A stretch of DNA of 63,985 nucleotides, counting the filler, from Perkinsus olseni (Eukaryota): assembly GCA_013115125.1 (NCBI GenBank). It is 4 parts of 4 records of this genome, joined end to end, with 100 filler letters (N's around TTAATTAATTAA, not from the genome) between each part and the next. Parts side by side here need not be neighbours in the genome. Positions count along the whole stretch, not along the records: positions 33,178 to 49,654 come from JABANN010000678.1; positions 49,755 to 63,985 come from JABANN010000733.1; 2 more parts are not named here. One strand, given 5' to 3'. Shown piece by piece: positions 37,721-50,398 of this stretch. Position 1 is the first letter of the stretch, and the number at the start of each line of letters is the position of its first letter. Below the pieces are notes generated by a model. That model did not search any database and was not told where the DNA came from. It saw only the letters and a list, made by a program, of their open reading frames with translations. The position numbers and the translations under genes are program-made.

Positions 37721-39606
37721 ATGTCTGGCCATCCGCCCTCGAGTATCGCAGCATTGGGCGACTCTCTCGTGCTGCACACCATCCTCAGGAATCTTCGAGT
37801 GTCCGACATCTTGAGTCTCGGTATCTCTTCCACTGTGATGAAGGCAAGCATAATGGATTCATCGGTCCTTAGAAGGAGTATATGCCGTGACCGGGGATGG
37901 AACCCGGATGCGGTCGCTTCCTGGGGGGAGATGGCGAGAAGAGAGAATTGCTTATTGTAAGCCGTCGGACGTAGGGGTCGTTCGATTAACCAATTCTGAG
38001 GGGGTGTTTGATAGACTACTTCGGATTTTTGGGAACTCCCCGAGGATTGAAATTAACGTGTGAAAGACGATCCTGGAAGCGGTCAGGGCAGATCTATTGG
38101 AAACCGCTGAAACCCAGAATCGATTTCGGGACCGCATTTCACGTGTCAAAGCAATTTCAGAAACGACTATGAGTTTCAGAATTACTTTGTTGAACCGGGG
38201 GAAAGCCTCGTTATTGCGTTCGACCTCGAACGTTCGATTCGGTCGAGAGACTCTGGAACGAACTTATGACTATCAATGATCGACCTAAGATATTCCACAG
38301 CGTCGTATGGCTCACAGCACGATCACTCGCTCACCCAGGTACGAGGACTTTCACGGGGATTTATACTCGCACTGGAAGCGAGGCCCGAATTCGAAGTGCC
38401 CCGAGCTCAACGATGTAACCGTGCTCGCAGGACAGTACTCGGGAGATACGCGAAGGTGGCTGCGACTTAGTGGAGGGACTGACTGGCAAGGTACGCATTT
38501 TGAAGCTTTGAGCTCTTTGTGGAGAGGCTGGCTGATTGAAGACACAGACACCCGGAGTTTTCCGTCATTGATCTACTGTCTTCGCATCATCAACAATTTA
38601 GCTTAGCTTCTTATCGGAGCAGGATAGGATCAGCAATAGAAACATTACATCTGAATCTTGTCGTGTATCAAATTCTGGCAGGTTTCAAAGGAGTTTACCG
38701 GACTTTCAGCCAGGAGGGCGGTGGGCCTGTGAACCACTACTGGCTCGAGTTCGATCTAAGAGTGAACGACCTGGAGGCAACATCAGCATGCGTCGTGAGT
38801 GCAGCAGCATGTCAATCGGAAATCGCTTCCTGGAAGGTGCTCAGTGAGGGCGTCCGCAACTGGGGTCCAAGAGGCGTCATCATGCAGCTAGTTTACGATG
38901 GACATCGGACAGGTGGCGCCTTCGTCCTGAGACGTCCCCTTGGGATGCAGACCATTCGCGGAGGGTTCAGAAGGCGCGAGGTATGTCCCTGTCTCTTTTC
39001 CCCCTAATGAGAGCACTCATTGGCAAACGGACGCGACCCTTCCTTCACTTTGAGCTCACCGGAGATTATCCCTCGCAAGACTTTTAACGCTCCTGAATTC
39101 ATGCAGCCTGCAAAGGCTCGATTCTGTCGAATATACTCGATGGAATACTAATAATATTTCCTCGCTCGAAATCGTGTATTTCGCTCGGCAACGTAAAACT
39201 CGGTCTAGCTGTCGTTTTCCAGGTGCGAGTCTGTGACGCCCATCCACAAACAACCTACACGTTTCTCTTCTTCCTCGATTTCGTCAACCAGTACGTTGCC
39301 TTTTACGTCGACGGTGTGCTCAGTGGAGCTACACAATTCGCATCGGATGCGGCCAGCCCGGGGGCGATAACTCTGTATGCTTGGAGATCTCAGGCCGAGC
39401 TGCTAATTTCCAACACTATTCTCACCAAGTCCGAATCTATCTTGAGAGTTCGGCCGCGAGGAGAGAAAGATGCAGAGGTTGCGATAGAAAATGCCCGAAC
39501 GAATCATCCACGATTGATTTTCAATTTTACGATCTTCGTTCTCACGCCCGTGCTGGCGGCCATAGCCGTGTTCTGGTTATGGTCTTTCCTTCGAGACCTG
39601 TTATGA
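37721..39606 (+). CDS. F-box-like protein with lectin/ConA-like beta region and C-terminal TM anchor (multi-exon)
   Basis: IAALGDSLVLHTILRNLRVSDILSLGISSTVMK is F-box-like; VAFYVDGVL is LamG/ConA-like; C-terminal hydrophobic helix FTIFVLTPVLAAIAVFWLWSF. A pyrimidine tract + AG precedes the ATG. Confidence 0.55.
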
Positions 39607-39677
39607 TTGTTACACTTATTCAACGATATTCCTATGAGGTGCCGAGTTGATGTGACAGCGAACAGTGTGGGTGCCAG

Positions 39678-40904
39678 TTAAACGCCAAAGGCCGTCGCCG
39701 GATTGGTTAGATGGGAGAGCACGTGTGTCTGGAGGTACAGTGCGAGACGAAGCTGTACTTGTTGTGCTACGAGGCACACAACGACAGTCTTCACCTGCAC
39801 TCGGCGGAGCCAATGTGCTGGACTTGAAACAGTAGACTTCACCAAACTGGACCGCGTTGTTGCTGTCAGCGAAGCGATCTCACGGCGCGTCCGTTTACTG
39901 AAGTCATCGCGTATCGAGAGAGATGTCTCTAGAGCGACCCGTTGAGTACGCAACGCCCGAGTTTCGTCGTCTTTCATCTGCTGTCTTATTGTCATCAACC
40001 ACTTCGCCTAGCTTCAGCGCAGCAAGATAGGATCAGCCGAGTATACTCGACCGAGCGGCATTCGGCTCGATTCATAGCTGACCCTTATGACGCATGTCCT
40101 CTTCTTGACTACTGCGCATAACACAAAAAATGCGTATGTTGGGAACAGAAACAGCTGCTTGGTCACTCCATGCACTGGGACTTGGTTCCATTCTCGAAAA
40201 CGACTTTCGCAAAAACTTCAACCACTGCTCGATCACACTTGAGAAGGACATTCCTATCCGCGTGCTCTTCGCACCACACCCTTGCAAGCTCGGACGAGGT
40301 GGCAACCCCGTGCTGGGAGACGATGAGTTGCAGCGCTTCTGTGAGAACTGATAGTTCGATAGTGGACTTCGGCAACTTTCTATTCGGCTTTGCAACTTCA
40401 TGGGAGTCCTCGACGATGCTACGAGGCAAACGAATGGCTCAGAACAGCTAAAAATCGCTTCCTTACTTCTCGCGAGAGCACGGCTCGCCGTCCTTGTGAA
40501 TCTCTCCAGAGCAATCAGCACCATTACGCGGTTCAACCTACAGAAGGAAAGATTCTCCCACTGGAAGTGCAAAGTGGACCTACCCGAAGGCTCTTCTTCC
40601 GCACAGCCTCGTCGACCTTCGTCTCGGAAGGACGATGACGAAGCGCTTTCCGGAACTCAGAATTCGACAGGCTCGCCATCTCAGTCACAACTTCCGCAGC
40701 TTCCGCCGAGGTCTGCCGGGAAAACACGCTGAGTATCCGAGGTCGAACCGCGTCACTTACAGAATCGCCGCATTCTCTCTCCACAGTCTGCTCATCTGGC
40801 AGGTTGTCGGACGTCAAATAATACGGCACGTCACCTTCGCTCACTCCCATCCGGCGTAACAACGACGCTCTCGATGGAAGGTCTAACGAGGCACGACTGC
40901 GCAC
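39678..40904 (-). CDS. Hypothetical multi-exon coiled-coil protein
   Basis: Co-oriented ORF pieces (40533-40904, 40163-40429, 39678-39998) with splice-like boundaries; convergent with the F-box gene. Confidence 0.35.
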
Positions 40905-42785
40905 GAAGGCCTACAATCAGCTCCGACCGTTGAGTATGCCGTTCTCGTCATGAGAGGCAGTGAGCACGAGCCTAGGGTTCGCTGTGATCGCCCGATGAGG
41001 GTTCAACCCGCATTCTCGAAGGCCGCTAACCTGAGCCGAGCGATGTAGCACAGAAGATTATGAATGATTCATACCAATTTTTTCATCATCGGTGGCTTGC
41101 CTATCCCCCAGAACTCAGCGATGGCCGGGCAACGGTGGATGATCTCGACGGCTTGAGGGAGCGGTAGGTGCAGAGGCGCGCTCGTTATGGAATGTAGACA
41201 CCCCTTCACGTGCTTCGGGTTCATTGAGACGATTGAAAAACTTTTTGGCGACTTGCGCCCTCTTTACATACATCTACTGCAATACTAATAAACTAGATAT
41301 ATGTCGGACGCACGGTCCTCAGGAAGAGATCCCACCGACTTTCAGACCATCGTTGCGACGGCACGAGGCGAACAAGGAGATCAATACATCCCTCCACATA
41401 CCCACCGAAGAGGGGCCACCCGAAAAAGCACGTCTAACGGTTTGCAAGGATAAACTACACAATAAGAATGTAACGGCAGTGTTGTTGGATATCATGTGGG
41501 GCGTCTGTCAGTTCGACTGGGAGCTCCTACCAAAACTACCTGAAATGAAGAAAGAGCTTGTCAAATACAATTCTCGAACCGAACCCCTTGGGAGAGCCTT
41601 GCGCAGTAGTCGAATAACCAAACACCAAAAGTTCACAGCGAAAATATCTTCACAATCATGAATTCTGTGCGACGAGTTGTCACCGATTCAATCGACTTCG
41701 CTTGGGCTTCCGACTCGACGTAGAAGACGCTGACGACGTCGAAGACCGACTCTCTCGCGACCGAACATCCCGAGGGCCTCTGATGGTCGCCACGACCCCA
41801 CGCCTCCCTGAAACCGAGCTCCACACAGAACGGCGATCATACCAGCTCGGCGGACGACACACCTGCCACATCTTCGTTGCTGCGTATTCCCTGATGCTGA
41901 CGGTACCTGAGGGAGAGACGAAGGGACTGCGGGAGTGCTTGGGTCGCTGAAACCGGGACTCACGAGAATGTTGTGTCATTCAGAGTACTCCGCTTGAGAG
42001 TGGCAGGCGTCGCTCTTGGTGCGCTCGGCGACTTGGCCGGACTGTATCGTTTTCGAGGTGTTCTGCTCTTCCCTGCAGCCTCTGGTGAACCTCGCTCGGA
42101 CTGTCAAGAAGAAAGGCGCGGCGATCCGTATGCAACTTACCATCTAACCCTCGAAAGTTACTCACCCTAAGGATCTGTCCGTCTTTTCCCCGCCCCCTCT
42201 GGTTGGATTCTTGTCGACAAGAAGCCCAAGTCTCACTGTCAACGTCAGCGGTGGTGCTAGCAACGACTGGCGCTTGGGTTCGAACCTCCGCATTGCCGTA
42301 GCAAGCCGAGGACTGAAGTCTGGCCAACCTGAAGAGTTCAGCCGCTCAGTGAAGAGTATTAGAAGATATAGAATCTTCCCTCATGTGGCACGCGTATAAC
42401 CAGAAGGAACCGAATCGTCGTGGCAAGTGCTTTACATGATTTTCTTCAATGGAAACGGAATTCTACACGTCTGACATGATAGATTACATGGATCACAAGT
42501 AAAGCGTTCACCAACAGCCTTAACCAGTCTAACAGGCAAATAGCACTCTCCAGTAGCCCCGCAATGTTTTACAGGGTAGGAAAGTTATTGCAGCACTCAA
42601 ATTGTGCGTACAGGTCAGACGTGGTAATGCTTCACTTTCACCTTTGTTCGCGCGAGAGTTGGTGTCCGCCGCCCCGACCCCCAAGTCGATGACCTTCAGA
42701 GTGCCGGTAGCCCGAAAACGCGGAGGGATGCATGTCAAGTACAGCTGTACATGCATAGTCAAACACAGCATTCGAGAATTTCATC

Positions 42786-42867
42786 GAGTGTTTGCCCGAG
42801 TGGTCAAGGGGGTGGACTTAAGATCCACTGGACACGGTCCGCGTGGGTTCGAACCCCACAGCACTCA
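42786..42867 (+). tRNA. tRNA-Leu (anticodon TAA)
   Basis: Acceptor GAGTGTT/AGCACTC-A, anticodon arm GTGGA-CTTAAGA-TCCAC, long variable arm, T arm GTGGG-TTCGAAC-CCCAC, T-run terminator downstream. Confidence 0.96.
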
Positions 42868-44571
42868 TTTTTCAACACTTCGCTCGCCCGAATGCGCAGA
42901 CTTTCCGGACCCCCCGGAGTGCACCAAGAAGAATATGAGGATCACTGAGAGCCGCCCAGAACCCAAACCAGCGATGCTGCATGGCGCCCTGTCACTCACT
43001 CGAACAAACATCCAGCAAAAACCTCAACAACAGCAGGAAGATGACTCAATTCGTCACATGTCAAACTTAATCTCCACAGACTTCAGCGACTTCTCCTTGG
43101 CTCCTCTCATACCAACCAAGTATCGCTTGTGGACGACAGGATTCGTCCACTTGTCATGGTAAGTGTTAGTCGTCACATCTTTCGGAAGATACACCTAAGT
43201 CGACTCGGCGCATCCATTGGAATGATGCTACTCTGGGGCAAGCAAATGACGAGGTCGTCTCACCTGCGCGTCGCTGTCTCGTCTGAAGGCCGAATTATTA
43301 GTCTGTATGCTCCTCGTTCTCTTCTGTCGCAGAGACGCCGCCCTCAACAATCTCTCCCGCAGTCGCCACTCGTTCCATCTGACAGAAACTACCGCGGGGG
43401 AGGGCCTTCTCTCAGCTCACTCATATTCCTTGTCCACATGCTGTACGGGATGCAGGTCAGTCTCGCAAGCCGCATCCATTCGAACTTGCCCCGAGCTACT
43501 ATCTTTGTGTATCAGCTTATCTATGAGGACACGAGGGAACTCGACCAACCCATAGTGGACTACGAGAATAGCTTGCATCACCCGACGGTCGGAAAGGCTT
43601 TTACGCCGGGAGAGGATTTTCCTAGTACATGCCAGCCCTCTCGAGCGGGGACATTCCACCTGATGCTCACCTTCAAACTCCCCGCTGTCAGACAGGAAAA
43701 AGGGAACATTAGGGAACTCAGCCTGCATCCTGAAAAGTGGTAAAATCTCGCGAGACGACGCTGGCTGGGATCGCTACTGCAGCAAAGGAATCAACGGTGG
43801 TAGCAGACGGCAATGCGCCTTGACACCTTCCTCATAGCCCGCACGGTCAGCCATGAACCTGCTTGCAGGAGGCAACGAATCACCGCCAATACTCTCGTCC
43901 GCAACCTTCCCACCTTCTCACAGCGGTACGAGATGAGCACGCTACGAGAGACACGGCCTCTCCCTCCAGTCGTAGAAGGCCGTGCTGTGGGTCGCCAGGA
44001 ATCAGCAACCCGCCGCCGTCAACGATGGCGATGGGACAGTACCCCTGAGCGGCATCCTCGGTCAAGAGGCGGGACCCGTCTCCGGCTACTACCTGATAGT
44101 TCAACTTGGTCTCTTGGTAGTCTCCGAAGCTTCCAGGCTCCAGAAGAACAATTCCACCTGCGAGCAATAACTCAACCGTGCAAGCTCGCTCTCGGTCGAT
44201 CGCGGCATCGGCCAAGAACGAAGAACCCGTCGACCAGGCGATGAGCTCGGTAATCAGATGTGCGCGACCATCTGGTCACCAGTCTCATCAGAACTAGGCT
44301 CTTCCTCTGCGGGCACTCCCTCACTCTGATCCTTCTGAAGAGCAACGATGCGCGACTAGAGCACCAATCAGCTTGTGTGGCGGTTTCACCTCAGACCACC
44401 AGGGACATACGTCCTGCCACGATCGAGACGCCAACGGCTGCTGTGATTCTTCAACGGGCGGGAGCTCGGGGCTGAGGAGGAGATGCCTCTAAAGCGAACT
44501 GAAGTTCGGTTACTAAGCAAGGTTCAAAAAAAGATACGACCTCCCAAGGATGAGGCGAAACAAACTATCAA

Positions 44572-44644
44572 GCCTTCTTAGCTTAGTTGGTAGAGCACCC
44601 GCTTAGTAAGCGGGAGGTCGTCGGTTCAACTCCGGTAGAAGGCT
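44572..44644 (+). tRNA. tRNA-Thr (anticodon AGT)
   Basis: Acceptor GCCTTCT/AGAAGGC-T, D arm GCTTAGTTGGTAGAGC, anticodon arm CCCGC-TTAGTAA-GCGGG, T loop TTCAACT. Confidence 0.96.
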
Positions 44645-47471
44645 ATTCTACACTCACAAAACTCTGGGCTTATATCGCACAACGCTTCGACGGCATACCG
44701 TCTAATGGATAACGCTATAGCAGTGAGCAGGGCATTCTCTGCAATTCCGATGAAGAAGCGCTGTTAGTACCTGTAGCCGCTAAGCTGATCCAACACCATC
44801 TGTGCCAACTGGATACGGTCGTCAATGAAGTGCAGCTCATCTCTGCAACTTGTATAATACTTTGTCAGCGAGTCGAACCTTGGGTACACCTGACATACCG
44901 AACAGGTATCTTCTCCTGTATCACAGTCACCGAGTCACTAGCCGAGCCGGCGGCCGCCCACCCGTCCACCTCGACAGCCAACTCACCTCTTCCTTGGACA
45001 CAACCGTCCTAGCTCCGATGCCAACATCGATCAGTTTCATGCACTCCGCGAATTGCGTGCGGGAATGATACAGTCGAGCGAGGGCCCTGCATGGCACTCG
45101 CTTATTCTCCTCATTGCCGAGTACCACCTTTCGATGTCTTGCTGGATTGACTGGAGGTACACCGTGCACTGACGCAGGTAACAAATATCCTCAGCAAACT
45201 GGCTCAGTTGCTCCGGACTCTCAGAGTCTACGAGGAACATCGCTCCTGCCTTGACTAAGGGTCTTCCTACCGCCACTGCCCTCCTTTTTCGACACAAGTG
45301 AAGCTATTAGAAAACGAGCTATATGCTCGCCGAGTTGCGCGATCTTCCCTGCCCGCGAGGCGGTAACGTTAACCGACGTTTACACTCAACCCACCGTTTA
45401 TCTCCCCTAGTCGAGCCTCGACATCATCAGCTTTCCGACAGCTATCGGAGTCACCTAGTACCTGCTCCCTAGGCCCATACGCGATTGCAACAGGGAACGG
45501 GCGTACCGTGTTCACGTCGAGAGCCGCCCCTTCCCAGTCGCCAGACGCCGAATGGTAGAGGCGGATGCCATGGACGAGACTTATGAGTTCTCGGAGATGG
45601 CACACCTTGAAAACGACAAGTGCTAGGATAGATCCTGGAACGCCGGGTTGGCGAAAAGCAACCATACCCACTCGGGCAGATGCACAGCTGACAAGCAGCA
45701 GGAAGACTATCCATACTCCATATTACCTTTTCATTAATCCCCAACGAACAGAAGGATTGTACCGCCGTCCGCGGCATGACGGAAAACAAAGCAGGGCTCA
45801 CTTCACGACGCACCTAAGGAGCCTGCGTCCCGCATGGATGACAGTCGGCAGCGCTGACCTCTAGTTCGACATCCTTTTCCACTTTCATCGTCATCGAGCT
45901 AACTCGCGCTGTTCTCAATAGGAGATCGTTGATCAGCTGGTATCTGTTATAATACCAGTTGGCTTGCTGTTGTTGGTATGGCCTTTTTCCTACGATTTGA
46001 CGGAAACTGTACCATCATCAGTACTATATTTTACCCTAGTAAATACACCAAGCTACATATAGTACATTCAATGCATGTCGTCATGTTATGGTATTCATCA
46101 CAAATACCATCAAATCCTTCCATTATCTTATCCTCTTCATCTTAGACCCATTCATTTAAGTATTCATCCCAAGATGTATGAGATCCGAAGTATCCATATC
46201 TACTTCGGAAGTTATAAGTAAAACGCTCACCCCCCGCCCAATAAACTAATTTCAAAACTCGTAATCAATTCTTTACTTGATTCGTACACGTGAACCGCGG
46301 ATCCAAAATCGGTTATGAATTTCAGAATTGGTCTATTGAACGACCCCACCCAGTGTAACGTTCATAGAGCTATGGTATAATAGTATTGCGTGAGACGATG
46401 CTATCACATTAGTGATACATTATTATGATATAACAACGCTTTTCACCGAGCATTGCTTCCGTGACTTACTATAGCATATGATACAACAACACCGCTACTT
46501 TAGCGACTATTAGTACCACACATACCAACTTTCTCCCAAATCACTACACTCGATTGTAGCCCTCAAAGTCCATCCTGCCATCGAGATCCCCGCTGCGTTC
46601 AACGACTCGCCGTATACCGCCAGCCACAGCAGCACTCCTTTCAGTATCCCGGCTGAATAACCGCCCCCTCTCGCGATTCTTTCACGACTCTCTCTCCTTA
46701 CTTCACAGCTGCACTCTCGATACATCGAAACAGATCTCCGAAATTCGCCTGGAGTCTCATCGTCTCCACTGCAGGATTTCCTTCAGAGCTGAGCATTGCG
46801 ATCGCCTGGCAGCAGGAAGGCCTAGAGACTTTCATACCAACAATTCCGTAACTCAGAAACGACGTAAAATGCGATACTAGAATGGATTCTGAGTTTCAGA
46901 ATTGTTATTTCGACCGTAAGACGCGCAATCCCACCTTCGCGGTCAAGGCCGATGCTTCCTTTTCCTCTAACCGTGCTTCCGAGAAGAAAATCTGAGGTTG
47001 ATCCTAGTCGGATACCAAATAAGTCGGCGTTGACTACCTGCTTATCATCTCTTCGTGTTGTTGCCACTGTGAAGTCGCAAAGGCCTTTGGTTGCCGAAAT
47101 GCTCTTCTCTCGACACTCCAATAATACCGTCCGCGCGATACTTTCGATTGATACCATCAATTTGAATCAAAAAACTTTGGACTACTGTCGGTGGATAAGG
47201 ACGATTTCAGTAAAGCCAACGACGCAAGCCAACACTCACCGAACACTCACTGCGACTCACTCCAAATTCCGTGATTAGTTTACTGTGCATTTCTGGGTCA
47301 TAAATGTACAGTGAACTGATCAGAGTTAGAACTCCCGGACGGTAGCCTACCGGCGGTAAGGTGGCCGGGGCTTTTATCTCATGAAAAAATGAGTTTAAGC
47401 TCAAACTCGGGTCTAGGTATGGGCGCGACTACGCCCTCTATGCCAGAAGCTACGCCGATGGCTCCAGTATC

Positions 47472-47670
47472 CAGAGAATGGTCCAAACGGTAGCACGGAG
47501 TGACCCAACGGTAGCACAGAGTGTTCCAAATGGTAGCAGAGAGTGGTCCAAACGGTAGCACAGAGCGTTCCAAACGGTAGCAGAGAGTGTTCCAAACGGT
47601 AGCAGAGAGTGGTCCAAACGGTAGCAGAGAGTGGTCCAAACGGTAGCAGAGAGTGGTCCAAACGGTAACA
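47472..47670. repeat. 22-bp minisatellite, ~9 units (GAGAGTGGTCCAAACGGTAGCA)
   Basis: Head-to-tail units without spacers; the right-hand units are identical and the left-hand ones diverged. Confidence 0.95.
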
Positions 47671-47684
47671 ATCCGTGAAAAGGT

Positions 47685-48549
47685 TGTCAAATATGTGAGT
47701 CTCACATTGTGAGACGGTTCACGCTTAACTCCACGCGGGAGATTGAGGACGTGGGTTGAAGGCAGTTAGCGCTCGTGTACCAGCGTTTATCCCAAGTGAC
47801 CCGAATAAACGGCTCAGGAATCTCAATTCATAGCGTATCACAGTGGAACTACCACCTGGTGTATCCTGCTCGTGCCCACCAGGGTGTATCGCCCTTGTGT
47901 ATGTGAGCAGCTCAAGAATGCGAGACCGGCATGGAAGGGTCCACTTCAGTAGGCTTAGCCCCAAACGGACCGCTTGAGAGTACGATTCTCTCAAGTGGTC
48001 TGAGTATCAGCAGATTCTGCTTGTACAATTGTTACGACTAATAACTTACAAGCCGGATAGGCTTTCTACAATGTAGATGCCATCTTCCGCGCTACCAGCT
48101 CCGATGGCTGGGCTGCTTGGATTCTTTCACCGTGAAAGTGAATGTTTCACCAGTAAGGGGGTTAGAAGCTACTGATCAGTTTCATCTGTTCGACCAATTT
48201 GATCATCATTCTCAGGTGATTCGGAGAATCAAAAACTGGGGAAGCACTGGAAAGAACTTGTCGAGACCTTTCAAATGCTACCGGTTACACTTTCATATTC
48301 GAAGGCATCGACAAGTTACATCAACCTCGTCTCGTCAAAATAACTCTCGGGCATTGGTGCCTCAAACTTACAGTGAAGGGCTCGCTAAAACACTGCTGGC
48401 GCCGGACATTAGCCTCGTCAGATTACTTTTGGTGCTCTGCTGGACCAGCAGTGCTGGTTACAAAAATACTATCACTCCACGATAGCCCCGCTGTTAGTTA
48501 TGACATCCGGGTATGGGTGGCATCCTCCTCAAGCTCCACTAGGATGACA
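47685..48549 (+). mobile_element. 5' LTR (865 bp) of an LTR retrotransposon
   Basis: TGTCA...TGACA inverted termini, followed after 1 nt by a TGG-initiated PBS and then a gag-like ORF. The second LTR lies beyond the gap, so the left boundary is inferred. Confidence 0.65.
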
Positions 48550-48550
48550 C

Positions 48551-48568
48551 TGGCGTCCGCTGATGGAC
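48551..48568 (+). other. Primer-binding site (PBS)
   Basis: TGGCGTCCGCTGATGGAC, the reverse complement of a tRNA-like 3' end GTCCATCAGCGGACG-CCA. Confidence 0.7.
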
Positions 48569-48768
48569 AGCGGTGAGTGATTGCAATTCGTATGAGGCTC
48601 ATACTATGAGCATGATGTGGATTGTGTTAAAGGGCGAGCGATAGTTAATTAACGTGATGATCTGCGGTTGAGTTGATCGCTGTTCACCATGCTCTTGCAC
48701 GATTGCCCTGTTTTTAGTAAGAGTTAGTATTTTGCGCCAATCGGCTCGTTTGGTTAAAGTGTTACATC

Positions 48769-49654
48769 ATGGCGACACCTCCACCTTCCGAACACCTCCA
48801 GGACAAGCTCATCAACGGCGAGGTTCAGCAAACGTCAATCGCTGTTGCCGACGGTGGGGCACAGAGTCAGGTGCCAGTTCAACTTCGGCAGTCGTGGATC
48901 GAGTCCGCCGAGGCTTTCGAGTCAACGAAGTCTCTGGCGAGTGAGCTCAGGAAGGCCAGAATTCGTAAAGGCCGGATCCGCGGACAGATCAAACGCCTTG
49001 AAGAGCAGGCTGATAACATCATTATCACCGACGGGGACGATGAGGCCTTGGTGGCTAAGCTCGGCGAAGAGGTAGATCAGTGGCGAGAGGCTTTGGCTGA
49101 GGCAGGCGCGTATGTTCTTGCGCTGGAAATGAGGTACGACCAGCTCAACGAGCGTAATTCGCGCGAGATTGCTCGCTCTAGAGTATCGGCAGGATCGCGA
49201 TCAGGGGCGTCGAGTCGAGCGCAATTGCGATTCGACACAGGTTCCGAGGGTGATCAGCGATCATTGATCAGTGGAAGGGTTAGTCCACGAGCCATGTTAT
49301 TCCAGAGCCAGCAACAAGAGCATGTTCACTCATCCGCCAATGCACCTCTGCCAGTTCTGAACACTCACCAGGAGCTTAACCGGGGCTTCCTTCGTATCAC
49401 CCCGTCACAGCCCCCACCTGTTCAAGCGCCTGTTCGATCCACCCACCATGAGGTCGAGAGATTCGACTTGGCATCACGATCCCGAGTCTCAACAGGTCGA
49501 GAAGCAGGCTCCATTTTGCCTTCCGGCCAGCCGGTGGAAATGGTCAACCTTCGCCCGGAAGATTCGATATCCGAGGCGGCGAGGTGTGCTCGCGATCAGG
49601 GACAAGAGTACCAGATGCACATGGAGCGTGGTCGTTCGCAACAGAGAACAGCTG
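48769..49654 (+). CDS. Gag-like protein N-terminus of the LTR retrotransposon (truncated by gap)
   Basis: Intronless ORF of ~295 aa starting 200 nt after the PBS; coiled segment RKGRIRGQIKRLEEQ resembles BEL/Pao-type gag N-termini; then a low-complexity linker. Confidence 0.6.
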
Positions 49655-49754
49655 NNNNNNNNNNNNNNNNNNNNNNNNNNNNNNNNNNNNNNNNNNNNTT
49701 AATTAATTAANNNNNNNNNNNNNNNNNNNNNNNNNNNNNNNNNNNNNNNNNNNN
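49655..49754. other. Assembly gap with linker
   Basis: N-run / TTAATTAATTAA / N-run. Confidence 0.97.
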
Positions 49755-50398
49755 CAAACACGTAGTATGTGCTGAATTAGACTGATTTTTGTGATTTGCA
49801 TATCGAATTGGAACACCCTGTATATTCTCAGCATTCTAGTAGCACTGCTATGGATAAGCTTAACGGTAAGTATGCCAATACTTACCAGCGGCTCTGGGCC
49901 ACTCCGAAGAGCCTGCTCACACCGTCAAATGACCGCAGAGTACTTAATGCGAGTTCGCGCCTCTGGGAACCAACTGCAGAAGCCTAACATCTGGGCTAGA
50001 CGCAGGAGTCGAAGGTGCACGAAAAATGCACAAACGTACCGATCGTACCCGGGTACGACCCTGGTACGACACGAGTAGGTAGACTCATCGAGCCGAACAG
50101 CCGAGACGCTCCGTCTCTGGTAGTCAGTCTATTAGCCGTTCATGAAACTCTCACGAAGTGAGCTTTGTCGCCGGCAAGGTCAAATTCCCTGTAGGACTCA
50201 GCACGAATTTAACGATAGTCTCTCATCCTGCGTGGATCTGTGAGGGAGATACGGCCCTATCAAGCAGCCACGATCTCTCGCCTACTCAAACTTCCTGGTA
50301 GCACCTCAATATGCGGCTATTGAGCCGCATATTGTGAAAACTCGATCCCAAATAAGAGGAATCAAACGTACTTTGAAGTTCGGTTCGGACGGTGAGAG

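Noticed and set aside
42270-42290. B-box-like GGTTCGAACC (also ~20296)
   Set aside because: No A box or cloverleaf; the second instance is the GFEP codons of the FkbM gene.
42900-45900. Broken minus-strand ORFs downstream of each tRNA, as a tRNA-targeting element or a duplicated unit
   Set aside because: No nucleotide similarity between the two regions, and no integrase/RT motifs or att-like tRNA duplication could be seen.
47472-47670. CRISPR-like array
   Set aside because: Units are head-to-tail with no unique spacers, there are no cas genes, and the context is eukaryotic.
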